Below, piece by piece: positions 40,401-46,912 of a stretch of DNA of 55,105 bases. How positions within the stretch are numbered: the stretch's first letter is position 1; each line of letters starts with the position of its first letter. The notes beneath the pieces are model-generated. The model did no database searches. It worked only from the letters and a program-made list of their open reading frames with translations, and was not told where the DNA came from. Source of the stretch: an uncultured virus (IMG/VR IMGVR_UViG_3300047383_000862) (Duplodnaviria > Heunggongvirae > Uroviricota > Caudoviricetes). Both the position numbers and the translations under genes were made by a program. Where the stretch lies: IMG/VR virus record IMGVR_UViG_3300047383_000862; one strand, written 5' to 3'.

Positions 40401-43273
40401 AAAAATAATTGACTGAGCGATAAATCTAAGAAAGTGTTGCTAGACTCTGTATGTTTTACTCCATTTATTTGGAAATCATCTCGCCTTGATATTGTGAAGA
40501 ATGAGTTAACTTTCATGCTTGTGGAGCCTATGTATTCTGTATCGTTATACAAATACATATTTAGAGATTTATCATCTTCATTATATGTAATTGAGGTAAA
40601 GTACCAGGTTTCGGGCGAAATTATATTATTTTCTAACTTAGCGGTTTTAACTGATCTAAAATTGGTGCCGTCTTCGGAAGCTAGAAAGACTAAAGTATTA
40701 ACTTGGTTTCTAAAATTTTTAACATATCTTAATGCGTAACTATGACTGTACCCTCCTTCATCATTCCACGACCCTAATACAAACCCCGATTTATTTAAGT
40801 TTTCTAATCGAAACCAAAGACAAATAGAAAAACTTCTCTTGTGGAAGTTAAAAGCTTTATGATCATTGGCGGTTTCTAGGTAATGTCCTTGTGGTATATA
40901 TATTCCCCGACTATCGCTCATGGTTACTGATTCATGTAGAGGGTAATGAGAAGTTGTATATAAATTATGTCTTTCAGTAAATTGGTTGTCTAACCTTTTA
41001 TAAAAATCATCTATATATAAATTAGGCTCATATAAAGCAGAATCTTGAATGATTCTCAAGTCTTGAATATACCCATGAAGCCCATCTGATATATATAACC
41101 CATTTTGTGTATCAGAAATCGGAACATAGAATGGAAGTTCTGCTACGCCACATAAGGATTGATTGAAAAATAAGTTAATTGTATTTCTGTTTCTACATAC
41201 AGCTATATGGTAGTATTGGTTGGTTGATATATTTAGCTTTTCACTTTCTATAGTTATAATTTTATTATCTAATTGATAAATATCAAAATACATTTTGTCA
41301 TTCATGAAGTAATACTCCATGGATGTACTATCTGACTGGAAATTTTTTGAAGATAATATAGTTTGCTTATTATTTGGCGCTGTAGAAAAGTTTATAAAGC
41401 ACTCTATTGTAAAATTAGACTGAAAGTCCATCTCTCTGCCTCCTGGATCAAATAAATAAGTTGACCCATTAAAGAAGGCGGCGTATCCTGGAAACTTAAC
41501 CACCTCCGTCGAAAAACTTAGATCGCCGAAAAGTTCGGGTTTTATAGCATAAGGGCTGGAATCTTCTCTTGTATTATTAAAATTGTAAAGTCTGACTAAT
41601 TGTTCGGTTGTGACTTTGCTATGTCTATCCCACCCAATTATATTAGTGTTAGAAAAATCATACCATGAAATAAGTTTTAGTTCATCGGCCAGTTCGCTGC
41701 TATATGAGATCGAATCTCTTTCTGAGTAGAAAGAATCTATTTCGTCTTGCGTTAATGTTTTGTCAGAAAGTAATATTTGATCTATCGATCCATTAAGAAA
41801 ATTTGTTTTATTTTCTGAAGCTGTTGAGCCTATTGTGAGGTTAAATGATTTATTGTGATTAGATACTAGGCCGCTAAAACCATTTAGTGGTGAGGTCTCT
41901 AGTAAATTATATTCGCTATTTTTTAAGTACAAGCCAAACTCTATAATTCTAGAGAAATCCATTCCGAATGTTGCGTTTTCTGTTGTACTAGGAGAATATT
42001 TATAACGGAAACCTATGATTTCTTTGTCTAGGAATTGGGTGGTATCCCAATCTCTACCGTAAAGAAATGGAGCGTATGTCTGCCATGTGTTGAAGTTTGC
42101 TTTAATATTCTTCGGTTCATTTTCGATAATGTCGCCATTTGAATCGGTTTCGTAATCTATTTCATCCTGGGGCCTTAAGGGGTAGAACCCTCTGTTGTAT
42201 GTGTTTTCATGGTTATAATCTATATTATATTCTTGTAAAGGGAACCACGTCTTATTTTGTAAGTTAAAATAAGTACAGTCTGTTGGGCAGCCAGTTGAAA
42301 AAAGAAAATTAACAGGACTATAGGAAATTCCATATTCGGGTATAGCGTTAGGGGCTGGAGTTTGTGTTTTAGCGATAGTACTTATATTACTAACCCCTTT
42401 GTTACTGTCGAAATTTGAAGATACAAAAGATTGAAAATCAAATATTGATACCTCTTCAGTTATTTTGTCTTTGAGTATTAGTGACGCTTTAACTTCGCCA
42501 TAGGCAGCGCTGTCATTTATAGCTCTATATCTAATTTTATCTATACCGCCTGTTATTGGATTCGAGAAGTAAAAGTCGGATTCGTCTTGACTTCCAGACA
42601 TTTCTATATAAGTGGCGTGGTCTTTATCGAAAAGTTTGTATAGTTGACTTTTTTGAGAATTAAAAGATCCGCTTGTTTCTATATTATCTAGCTCTATGAA
42701 TCCTGTTATGTTTTTTGAGTTTTGTAATTTTGAGTCAATATATATTTCGATACTAGAATTTTTGGTGTTTTGGTCGCATGAAAAATTTACATTTAGGAAG
42801 TGCCAATCATTGTCATTGATGCCAGAGTTTCCTGTAACGGATATAAATCCAGTACCATCAAAAACGGAAAATTCTGGCCTATTGTTTTCATTGTTAGACT
42901 TTAATTGAAAAGAACCGCTGTTTTCATAATTTGTGTCGGTTATTAAGACTTCTTCTAGATTCGAGCTTGTTTTGACCCAGGCAGATATTGAAAAATTATT
43001 TTTATCAACCAAGCTAATTTCATTGGTTTCTAGGAACTCATTACCATTAAATTTAACGGCTGAGCTTGTTAGAAAAGACGTGTCTTGATTATGATGAAAA
43101 GATGGCTCTGAATATAGGCCATAGTTTGTTTCGCCGCAATAACCTAAGTGATAAGGGAAATCATGGTCAGGTATTTCACTTTTTAAATATTTAGGAATGG
43201 ATTTAAATATTTTTAAATTAGAGCCTTCTTTAATCTCTAAGAAATTATTCCTTCTGTTTATTCTTAAAGACAT
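28427..43273 (-). CDS. Giant 4948-aa mosaic adhesin-like protein: LamG x3-4, cadherin-like x2, BspA/DUF285 repeats, FG-GAP-like propeller, FGE-sulfatase domain, vWA
   Basis: FSISAWVK/WHF/G.ID and FTIECF..YHIAVCR (LamG); DRE...YTFTI (cadherin); NTS....MSYMF repeats; W.Q.G.TI repeats; TEVTQAQY, LPSEAEWEFA, DIHGNVSEW, RGGAW, GFR (FGE); terminal DSSGS MIDAS motif. Confidence 0.85.
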   Translation of the reverse strand: MSLRINRRNNFLEIKEGSNLKIFKSIPKYLKSEIPDHDFPYHLGYCGETNYGLYSEPSFHHNQDTSFLTSSAVKFNGNEFLETNEISLVDKNNFSISAWVKTSSNLEEVLITDTNYENSGSFQLKSNNENNRPEFSVFDGTGFISVTGNSGINDNDWHFLNVNFSCDQNTKNSSIEIYIDSKLQNSKNITGFIELDNIETSGSFNSQKSQLYKLFDKDHATYIEMSGSQDESDFYFSNPITGGIDKIRYRAINDSAAYGEVKASLILKDKITEEVSIFDFQSFVSSNFDSNKGVSNISTIAKTQTPAPNAIPEYGISYSPVNFLFSTGCPTDCTYFNLQNKTWFPLQEYNIDYNHENTYNRGFYPLRPQDEIDYETDSNGDIIENEPKNIKANFNTWQTYAPFLYGRDWDTTQFLDKEIIGFRYKYSPSTTENATFGMDFSRIIEFGLYLKNSEYNLLETSPLNGFSGLVSNHNKSFNLTIGSTASENKTNFLNGSIDQILLSDKTLTQDEIDSFYSERDSISYSSELADELKLISWYDFSNTNIIGWDRHSKVTTEQLVRLYNFNNTREDSSPYAIKPELFGDLSFSTEVVKFPGYAAFFNGSTYLFDPGGREMDFQSNFTIECFINFSTAPNNKQTILSSKNFQSDSTSMEYYFMNDKMYFDIYQLDNKIITIESEKLNISTNQYYHIAVCRNRNTINLFFNQSLCGVAELPFYVPISDTQNGLYISDGLHGYIQDLRIIQDSALYEPNLYIDDFYKRLDNQFTERHNLYTTSHYPLHESVTMSDSRGIYIPQGHYLETANDHKAFNFHKRSFSICLWFRLENLNKSGFVLGSWNDEGGYSHSYALRYVKNFRNQVNTLVFLASEDGTNFRSVKTAKLENNIISPETWYFTSITYNEDDKSLNMYLYNDTEYIGSTSMKVNSFFTISRRDDFQINGVKHTESSNTFLDLSLSQLFFSHRTFSFIDVQNFWNSGVGITYDENNTNFNRDLIAWFDFSEGSINDVNGNKNLSSSSAFSIVEGRKKLESIDDGSEIFLGKITGGDNLLFNMSGNRPTYKISGINSLPSIEFDKDNLSFLDSNFELDFVSSFTLYFCFQSLGQNNDFAPIIDFSNSESEGLSILWKDTPGQEYLGELKLLVNGEELILKEENFIRNINVVSLEWNVHKEKLFITINNSRLSSSPRVLHKTGLQTNFAKTPLSLGKFYYDFNNELITFNGLLSEVLLNKNYSDPNILEYFSCKYNSIHPGYPVDYIYDDETPSILFDLKELNQTIGEGTTSLGRLKCDLQNPIFSIVDSDDFTINSDGYISLTSPADRETEAYTFTILVEDEDSDLSETVSFISYVQIDNIIAIIDTSNLTKYISSGNKSAGKQLGRVTTTEAVDWSIFSSTDASISITSSGYIELAEDVSEGVSSFSFVISATDYQENITSTTHTVEIVNLDGHTEIEFTPRSNNYIDIETIFLPNSTWIEFESEGESEIFPLPTNNGVFTYLINSNSLRTESSFNTPRTSRYSHPLYDFYDSDNLSYRSALNPITSTNSEHSYLDSETLSANSSNPQSYDQYVSGYINAFEESDNPSYYYDNPTELRIHLTNNKFDSEQPNSSTYFESSIIENTELAACKKVLDNLKYIADSNPYSVDPPDFSIANNTHRIFRIYTSSNQNNKPCKIRLKTVSLSIKSSNSSTPPDIKIKADQDSFLQHLSFGYTSDSPTQSFINKLTLDCETDQLISLRSFFNNLGACNEIEKINFNTKNVITLHDAFANIIRNDAINDNIKNFLSSLSFENLITAEKCFRMSHFTGTSDLNLSNWNTWNLQIIDKMFEDSKFYQCQLKFLSEDINTITPPRHYGSSNDFDDVEPDSYLPNNSYITYFNGIMNSTFYTKKIRSARECFRNIIISSQTLTTTDVHQPTRHITIDNTPTKNKNGTDYLVATRTPELYSRYAATVLNQINYEYEELGNLDCFLNTELNLNCFELDLCCASKNMFYASNVEKIKIRNLNFTRKFDLSYFFYNSEFLRFVEFPEATPIKPTESLAYSTRSMFQDCLFLENLGIQTFAGQYAQFENHKSFIDGFSFFNLDHCVDASSTFQNCYVITNISIPRFTNIINLAQFAQNCRSLSKVEGFSTHAENNPKIIYLAKKADGELDGMNEAEEMDWIIENNLHLQTCNTKNLRSLSLAFNNCERIRKLVFSGLSTNKAKNLSKAFSNCRTLREIRIGLEYHTNNYRNGVIATDRHNIQEYWDNAAVPAESIDFGASFGSSGKGNVKINGKGNVYAESIGGAGVKVFEYDAALDQWNQRGETINAPSNSYNKFGHAIEIDENGERIIVSDFPDSGSTGSGYVQIFEWSGGSWGQLGDTIVSEESSNDTFGADVSISKDGNIVAISTEGDPLTRNASHQVEFQVLTFANQPGGFLTLYLSETYSSYTTFVIEFSAPETDPTITQNDTTLTLNFPYNNYGVYYPYIIDIINWLNLQPGISAEASSAVNLNNSGLEQSESGQTAYISPITLTKGTKIFSLEDSNWVQLGETISAGQSINLNNNGSIISIGDPEYNTDSANNVGKVEVFEFDSSTWIKLGSTITGPDTSPVLTKTVANIATTDGGASEDPARVIELDLTEEYLNVENFSLNFYQNASEAVLSNGGLDLAINVDFSAADVSEDFFFTIPVQRRESGPQWWGPNYVYQRGGTITVSGAGLNVNTTFTLTFTAAGTPATFDHDIDNNTVTLTYPRFSSNQTFRVWTTGGGSTYLSMGKDPSVISLVNFINNQSGFSATTTAATSFENRSPPGTLQGTYNSTYSGEGQGPYVEQFVNWINNSVENISARITVPYDSETNSGIELDQFLRPQDRSDIVKSYTDADDNRFGYNDINFNGNRVIVGATHSNTEVGEDSGLVKIFDYNGTEWTQVGTTINGHESLAKEGLVSINKVGNIIITGGINKRNFRIFKEINSEWIEQHSESHIISSTKEVSIDMDYSGDNTISIQSSDAVVRTRKEREIQIYNVNGFFDTRECRDFSSMFQNCLMLNHFGGKLLPTPELSSSNDVFGIIDDKIFDSLAFNYKSAVNLEQMFSSVFSDYLSNFISDVKAMQQNFRIFGSSTYYVEIRQMFEVETTQEIEELMSIYFDLDDPLDLPAINTATSLFYSSLGVESLGSPKRLYSAINAGQANDIIAWSKNSSSSTIPDESIDTALSVLQSEAFDVIPEHKSFFFNFYDREIDSEISLKSVFIMNENIESVRFLKNPNFKNKINNISNSFNICRRLRDFIDLRGFNLKSVESADSVFRDCYHIKNIYFDDTFLSEDNATIDISFMFYNCYFLQSINSSNWIGDKLYTMRYVFSNCHSIESINLSKLNPENCLSFAQAFYECNSINELNLNNFSTKLGIDFSQMFEGVGGAYPVWEFIYEPYGPEGSSGTVSNRQPDHLYRHARGIYTYFMNNYIRDNSNNIIPPSSDFTLNVYQDITYLSWYSLFFGSFATYDMSQPYESPSAYLYFDFLRDNFFTEAQSTMPTQAEYDAYINGKWDNSEGLDSIDLTSFDISNACETSHYNYSSYSMTPAINTTYREFFGDKYLPRLSVSSSVMQQPPTTNIALSPFFLKAKESANLYYFEKINESDHPLDYTDRLFNEFEKAYEGDEEIYSRNFNFLADPYSQLFFSFRGRLRGGVSDMFNNLSINTLTIPENFKISNHSKKFINSNLVGSSVGFIKQLMQNASSKLFYTQDEILNFMNDPNYEDIQNIGTSNNPNPLYGSFEIALSPSCDNLFEDLRANELNISDNFLESLSATRDITNLFNSASSRNINEHWSYEEYSPGQILGGAIKTNSTNFSKLNTSSVVFFHRAFSKAMLENLDLSTLNTSKGLDLSYMFNYWDLSLNPLVLSNMDTSSARTMSYMFSEIKDHSSQTAIPSALDLSSLSFKNVTNIQGIFENTNINIVTIPTYSNLFKTSSDTNLINISNAFRQTTEGVSPSESVHHNNIKEKIDKINSLIANLSKGDTSDLFFVSGLFYSAFPSLGSTVSFIYGRLTSLNENQSDYNTAVNPNYASRDDFLSQEYSHRYTTNGNFFYNDNLEDLSNQDYILDISPLNMGGFRKSTYSTIDWRYMFYFISVKGIKGINDINFDIRNVQGFANYQLSNMFYGFRTYHEEATRVYNNTANATNGPIATIGSFNTALLHTIDLSDWCTEGTSRPSRFSFANQTTLEHEITKDNVSYIMFKEPDWGINCDLNLEYTISNITPGSRVQVFNLTRYYELYNDIVNSTSLVDNFVSSEIQEGDLLRIRVSFNNGSSAELPQEKIVELSYPGLNIAMNPESSSVYTEIGVDGSAVNEFSLNKVRNSPPAYQIKIDDSNDETFVERFIAWYLSEVTTEIGIHVLFGAYEIINKNQAKLNTDYNYNVEITFSTVSDLSPAIKLNNVNSNILYFRDGIINTSDGSSIKSEIVENGFGDGSSPSNEIIFDDIVLDLSTVDASYGGTDIEFVLIETGSFEANMTTGCIDCLGSEETQEVFITEEFYLAKTEVTQAQYELIARNNSINLATNPSTFTGPNLPVETVSWFDTEKFIGIMNTEFTGLIPVGWSFSLPSEAEWEFAGRAGSTGYYHWGNSISSSDANYNWDEGQNDGADENQTVDVTGYSPNNSGIYDIHGNVSEWVLDSAQEQYPGESTIDPVIVAEEYPPNSVVNPFSFASDVEKIIRGGAWNSESDKLKFGYRSKAESIAKSRAVGFRLAIRKTPLVQFNRDTFILVTFDSSGSMSGAEPEILAALSGGYFKSGSTTERNPESLRAILQDFYATAGTEFSGNTNPATNGRDEYDKKVKFLANGSERHWEYIRNAYGTGGLGVGTGDDFEGAKAIISLAFQDESSPYSNNPTNTQSQADITQLKADVSALPAGVLFFAHSFHVTGTPAFKSYLQGIESGVAGLSSNFTLETEPWSQMFGFSYDLDENESTLYFRNKMLDAIESKGYKLPSVF

Positions 43274-43556
43274 TTTTATTTTGAATTACGTTTAGCAGGT
43301 AAGGGCTTGCTGATATAAAAAGTACAGAAATCATTAATATAATAAAAACTTTAAAAGGTGTTGTTTTTTCTGTATCTATTTTATTTAAGTTTTTCGTTTT
43401 GAATGAATTTATTTCTGATATAGATATATTGCCATCGCTATTAGTGTCTATTTTTTGTATTGGAATTATTTTTTTACTATCATAATGGTTGCTATTTTTT
43501 ATGTTAGCTGAAAAACAAGATGAAAGTAATAATGTTATAATAATTAAATATTTCAT
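43245..43556 (-). CDS. Lipoprotein with EF-hand-like loop and C-terminal TM helix (u-spanin topology)
   Basis: MKYLIIITLLLSSC lipobox; DTNSDGNISISE; FKVFIILMISVLFISA followed by a basic tail. Confidence 0.6.
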   Translation of the reverse strand: MKYLIIITLLLSSCFSANIKNSNHYDSKKIIPIQKIDTNSDGNISISEINSFKTKNLNKIDTEKTTPFKVFIILMISVLFISASPYLLNVIQNKNVFKNKQKE

Positions 43557-43987
43557 CTCATTTTACTGGGTACTGCATAAAAACCTACCACCATAAAACA
43601 AAGATCGAAAAAAGAGCTTAATAGTAAGCCTCCTGTCATCTGAACCATTTCCCATTCTTTCCCTCCGAATATCCAGGAAAATATGCCCCATCTGGCACCT
43701 TCGCCTTTTGGGACAATTACGTCGTATGATATATCTGGATTGAATGCATAATATATCATTAGGAAGCACATTGTAAAAGTAATACTCATAAATAGTATTC
43801 TTCGAGTTATTTTCACAAAAGGATCTTTTGCTTGTTCTGATTGGTTTTTTAATAAAGCATCTATAATTGACTTATCTCTAGCGGCCATTAATAACTGCGC
43901 TTGATGTTTTTGCATTAACCAAGCATTTAAAAGGTTTACTCCTATTTTAATTCCTGCTCCTAATATAGTATTTAATATTGGACCCAT
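43553..43987 (-). CDS. Holin-like membrane protein
   Basis: Amphipathic N-helix, FVK.TRR + TM, C-terminal TM ending VVGFY; resembles 3TM-holin-family layout. Confidence 0.5.
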   Translation of the reverse strand: MGPILNTILGAGIKIGVNLLNAWLMQKHQAQLLMAARDKSIIDALLKNQSEQAKDPFVKITRRILFMSITFTMCFLMIYYAFNPDISYDVIVPKGEGARWGIFSWIFGGKEWEMVQMTGGLLLSSFFDLCFMVVGFYAVPSKMR

Positions 43988-43989
43988 AA

Positions 43990-45141
43990 TTAATCTCTTA
44001 AATCTGTTGGTTTTACCATTAAGTGGTGGCCACTTCTATATAAAGTATTTGGAGGTATTTCATGAAAATCTAATTCGGATGGTAAATTTTCTATTCTGAC
44101 AATTGTATTTCTATGTTCTCCATAATGACCTGAATCTGGTCCATAAATTAATAAATTACCTTCTGCAGTTATTCCGCCTTTTACATGTAATGTATCTAAT
44201 GGATGCTTTGTATTTACTCCTAATCTTGATTCTAGAGGTTTTTTATCTACATCCCCGTCTATGAATCTAAAACCTTGATCGTGGTTTAAGTAACCACTGG
44301 TTTCGGTTTGGCTTAAAGTGGGGAATCTCCATTCGAAGTCAGAATATCTGTTGCCTGTTCCAAACAATTGTAGTGTTCTTAAATCTTCACACAAAATTTC
44401 TTGCATATCTGGATCTTGATGTACAATTATGTCGTGCGATCTTAATCCTGAAGCTGGGCCATCTTTTCCTACAAACGATAATTGGTGTCCGCTACCTTCA
44501 TAACTAATTAGTTGTATGATTTTTTCTCCAGACTGCTCATAGTCATATACCAATGCAAATCCGTAATCCTTGTCATTTGATAGACCACTCATTGGGGCTA
44601 TTTCAAAACCAAAGTCGCCTACTTGATTTGAGAATACGTCTCCTGTTAATGTATATGTTAGGGGTTGCGGCTCTAGGCAGCCATCTTTTTCGCAGAAATC
44701 AGGTAATCTATGCATATATCCATCAGAGTTATAATGTATAATTGTGAGCCTTTTTGGATCTACTCCTGTGTGGCCACAAACTTCAACAAACTCTTTAACG
44801 TCTATACATCTATTATCGTAGTGTATTTCATTTATCCATACTCTGGGGGTAGAATGGTCTCCAGGGCTACCTATAAATTCTATAGGGTTTCTTTTAATTA
44901 TTGAAGAGACTTGTTTTTCAATACCAGAAATATTATCTATAGTGAGACCTCCTGCATATTCTATGTCGTGAAAAATTCTTTTACCAGAAACCTCTTGATC
45001 TAGCGCTGAGTATAAAGAAAAAATATCTTTGATTGAATATTTTTTTTCATCAACAAAAGATGTATTCTCGTGACCAACTAGAAAATCTCCTGTCTCAGGA
45101 TTATTTTTTTGCGGCAAGTCGCTAAATCTCACAATACTCAT
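43990..45141 (-). CDS. Fibre-like protein carrying a lamin-tail-type domain
   Basis: N-term VRFSDLP....GDFLVG; VWINEIHYDN...EFVEV...SYEG...GPA.G..S.DI...LQL.GTG..YSDF.W; LGVNT..P...LHV.G; GTGTAA (45150-45155) 8 nt before ATG. Confidence 0.7.
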   Translation of the reverse strand: MSIVRFSDLPQKNNPETGDFLVGHENTSFVDEKKYSIKDIFSLYSALDQEVSGKRIFHDIEYAGGLTIDNISGIEKQVSSIIKRNPIEFIGSPGDHSTPRVWINEIHYDNRCIDVKEFVEVCGHTGVDPKRLTIIHYNSDGYMHRLPDFCEKDGCLEPQPLTYTLTGDVFSNQVGDFGFEIAPMSGLSNDKDYGFALVYDYEQSGEKIIQLISYEGSGHQLSFVGKDGPASGLRSHDIIVHQDPDMQEILCEDLRTLQLFGTGNRYSDFEWRFPTLSQTETSGYLNHDQGFRFIDGDVDKKPLESRLGVNTKHPLDTLHVKGGITAEGNLLIYGPDSGHYGEHRNTIVRIENLPSELDFHEIPPNTLYRSGHHLMVKPTDLRD

Positions 45142-45156
45142 ATAGAATATTACACT

Positions 45157-45279
45157 TTATGAGAAGAGACTGTTAATTTCTTTTACTAAAATGCTTATGC
45201 CTATAACTGCTGTGTAAAAACTTAATAAGGAAAGTAGAAAAATTAATAAACTAAAAAATATTCTTACCCATTCCTTCAT
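45157..45279 (-). CDS. 40-aa single-TM peptide (not in ORF track)
   Basis: MKEWVRIFFSLLIFLLSLLSFYTAVIGISILVKEINSLFS*; GAGGT upstream; fills the gap. Confidence 0.65.
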   Translation of the reverse strand: MKEWVRIFFSLLIFLLSLLSFYTAVIGISILVKEINSLFS

Positions 45280-45280
45280 A

Positions 45281-45305
45281 ATAATTAACCTCGGTGGTTA
45301 ATTAT
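45281..45305 (-). promoter_or_regulatory. 10-bp perfect hairpin overlapping the RBS of the 40-aa ORF
   Basis: Minus strand ATAATTAACC-accga-GGTTAATTAT, ending 1 nt before ATG. Confidence 0.65.
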
Positions 45306-45309
45306 ACAC

Positions 45310-46425
45310 TTAAAAATCTAGAATCCAGTTATTTAGCTTGTAATCGTAAACCATTGTGGAACCTTCTCCAGTTTTATAGCAATACCATGATTGAGTTTTA
45401 TTTAACCAGAAATATGGATAGATCTGGGAATTAGTAAAAATCCATCCATGCTTAGGGGAGTAAAGCCATCCGCCACTTAAGAAAAACCCTGATTTTTTTT
45501 CTACTGGAGTATACTTAGGGTCGGCTATTACTTCTTGATTTTTATTTTGTGATTTATACCCATAATATGGTGATCGTATTTCATTGCTAAAGTATGTTTT
45601 AATTAAATCTGCGTATTGAGAAGAATCAACTTCATTCTCATTTATTCTTACGTTTAATTTTGGATTATAATATTCGTTTCCAAATTTATACCAAGAAGTA
45701 TCTTTATTTAAAATCATATTAACTTCTTCTGGAGACATTTTGAATACATTATTGAAATTCCCTTCTGTATAATCTTCTATTGTCAGATATATATCGTTAG
45801 CTTGTTGCCAATAATATTCATTAGCAAACTTATACCACCTTAAATGATCTGCTGGAATAGTAGTGTCATTTATTATCTTTCTCTCATTTGGTTTAATATA
45901 ATTTTCTCCATTTAAAAATGTATCCTTATGTACATACTTATTAGATGAAGGTTGATGCCAGTAATTTCCTAAGAGATACCAGTTATTAGGATTATTTGTA
46001 TCTAGTGGTTGGGAGAATGTAAAATAGGACTCATAGCTGGCGGCAATCTCTTTTGATACAAAAAACTCATTAGAAGAAAAAGAGCCTTTTGTTTCCTTGT
46101 CGAAAGTGAGGGTGCCTTCTATTGTTGTATCGTAAGTGGTGAAAATCGTTATGGAGGCGGACGTATTACTTTGTTTTTGGTAATTATAATCATATGTGTA
46201 TGTGAAAGAATTTGGTACTATTAAGGATATTTTGTTCTGACTAAATTCTGCGGAGTATTCAAAATCAACACCTTCTGTTATTACATCATAATAATCTGGA
46301 TGTAAAATATGTATAAAAGTATAAGAGCCTTTAACTTTAAATTTAGATCCATTTAACGATTCAGGAGCGAAGCCAAATACTAGCTGAGCTGTAAGAAAAA
46401 ATAATAATACATTAATTAACTTCAT
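45310..46425 (-). CDS. Secreted protein with three WY..(G/A)N repeats and a Trp-rich C-terminal domain
   Basis: Signal peptide; APESLNG domain; GWLYSPKHGWIFT...YPYFW.....WY; promoter TTGACT-17-TATTCT (46432-46460). Confidence 0.75.
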   Translation of the reverse strand: MKLINVLLFFLTAQLVFGFAPESLNGSKFKVKGSYTFIHILHPDYYDVITEGVDFEYSAEFSQNKISLIVPNSFTYTYDYNYQKQSNTSASITIFTTYDTTIEGTLTFDKETKGSFSSNEFFVSKEIAASYESYFTFSQPLDTNNPNNWYLLGNYWHQPSSNKYVHKDTFLNGENYIKPNERKIINDTTIPADHLRWYKFANEYYWQQANDIYLTIEDYTEGNFNNVFKMSPEEVNMILNKDTSWYKFGNEYYNPKLNVRINENEVDSSQYADLIKTYFSNEIRSPYYGYKSQNKNQEVIADPKYTPVEKKSGFFLSGGWLYSPKHGWIFTNSQIYPYFWLNKTQSWYCYKTGEGSTMVYDYKLNNWILDF

Positions 46426-46498
46426 ATTATAAGAATAACATGGAGGTAATAAAAAGTCAATTTAAATTTATAATATTTTTAATTTTTTTACAAATACA

Positions 46499-46912
46499 TT
46501 ACTTGCTCATATCATGCCATTTTTTAATACAAAACCTTATTTCTTCATCTAATTTATAAGGAAAGCTTTTTAAGTCTTTAATGACAAACCAACCGTATTC
46601 TGTATGTTCTTCATTTAATATGGGGAAAATCATATCATTAGATTTAATAAAGAAAATGTCTAGATCTAAATCTTTTCTTTTGATTGTATGAACAAAATTT
46701 AAATCTTTTGCATTAACCTTAATCTGGGCCTCTTCCCATAATTCTCTAGAGGCACATTCACTTGATTTTTCTGCACCTTCTATGCTACCACTAAATATAG
46801 ACCAATAACCGCCGAATGCAATTTTTTGCCCTTCATAGTACTTTACCCTTTTGGCTAAAAGAACGTTTCCATTATGAGTTATGCCAACTCCTGCAGCTCG
46901 GCGTCTAATCAT
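46499..46912 (-). CDS. NUDIX hydrolase
   Basis: GSIEGAE....CASRELWEE box; LNEEHTEYGW. Confidence 0.88.
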   Translation of the reverse strand: MIRRRAAGVGITHNGNVLLAKRVKYYEGQKIAFGGYWSIFSGSIEGAEKSSECASRELWEEAQIKVNAKDLNFVHTIKRKDLDLDIFFIKSNDMIFPILNEEHTEYGWFVIKDLKSFPYKLDEEIRFCIKKWHDMSK

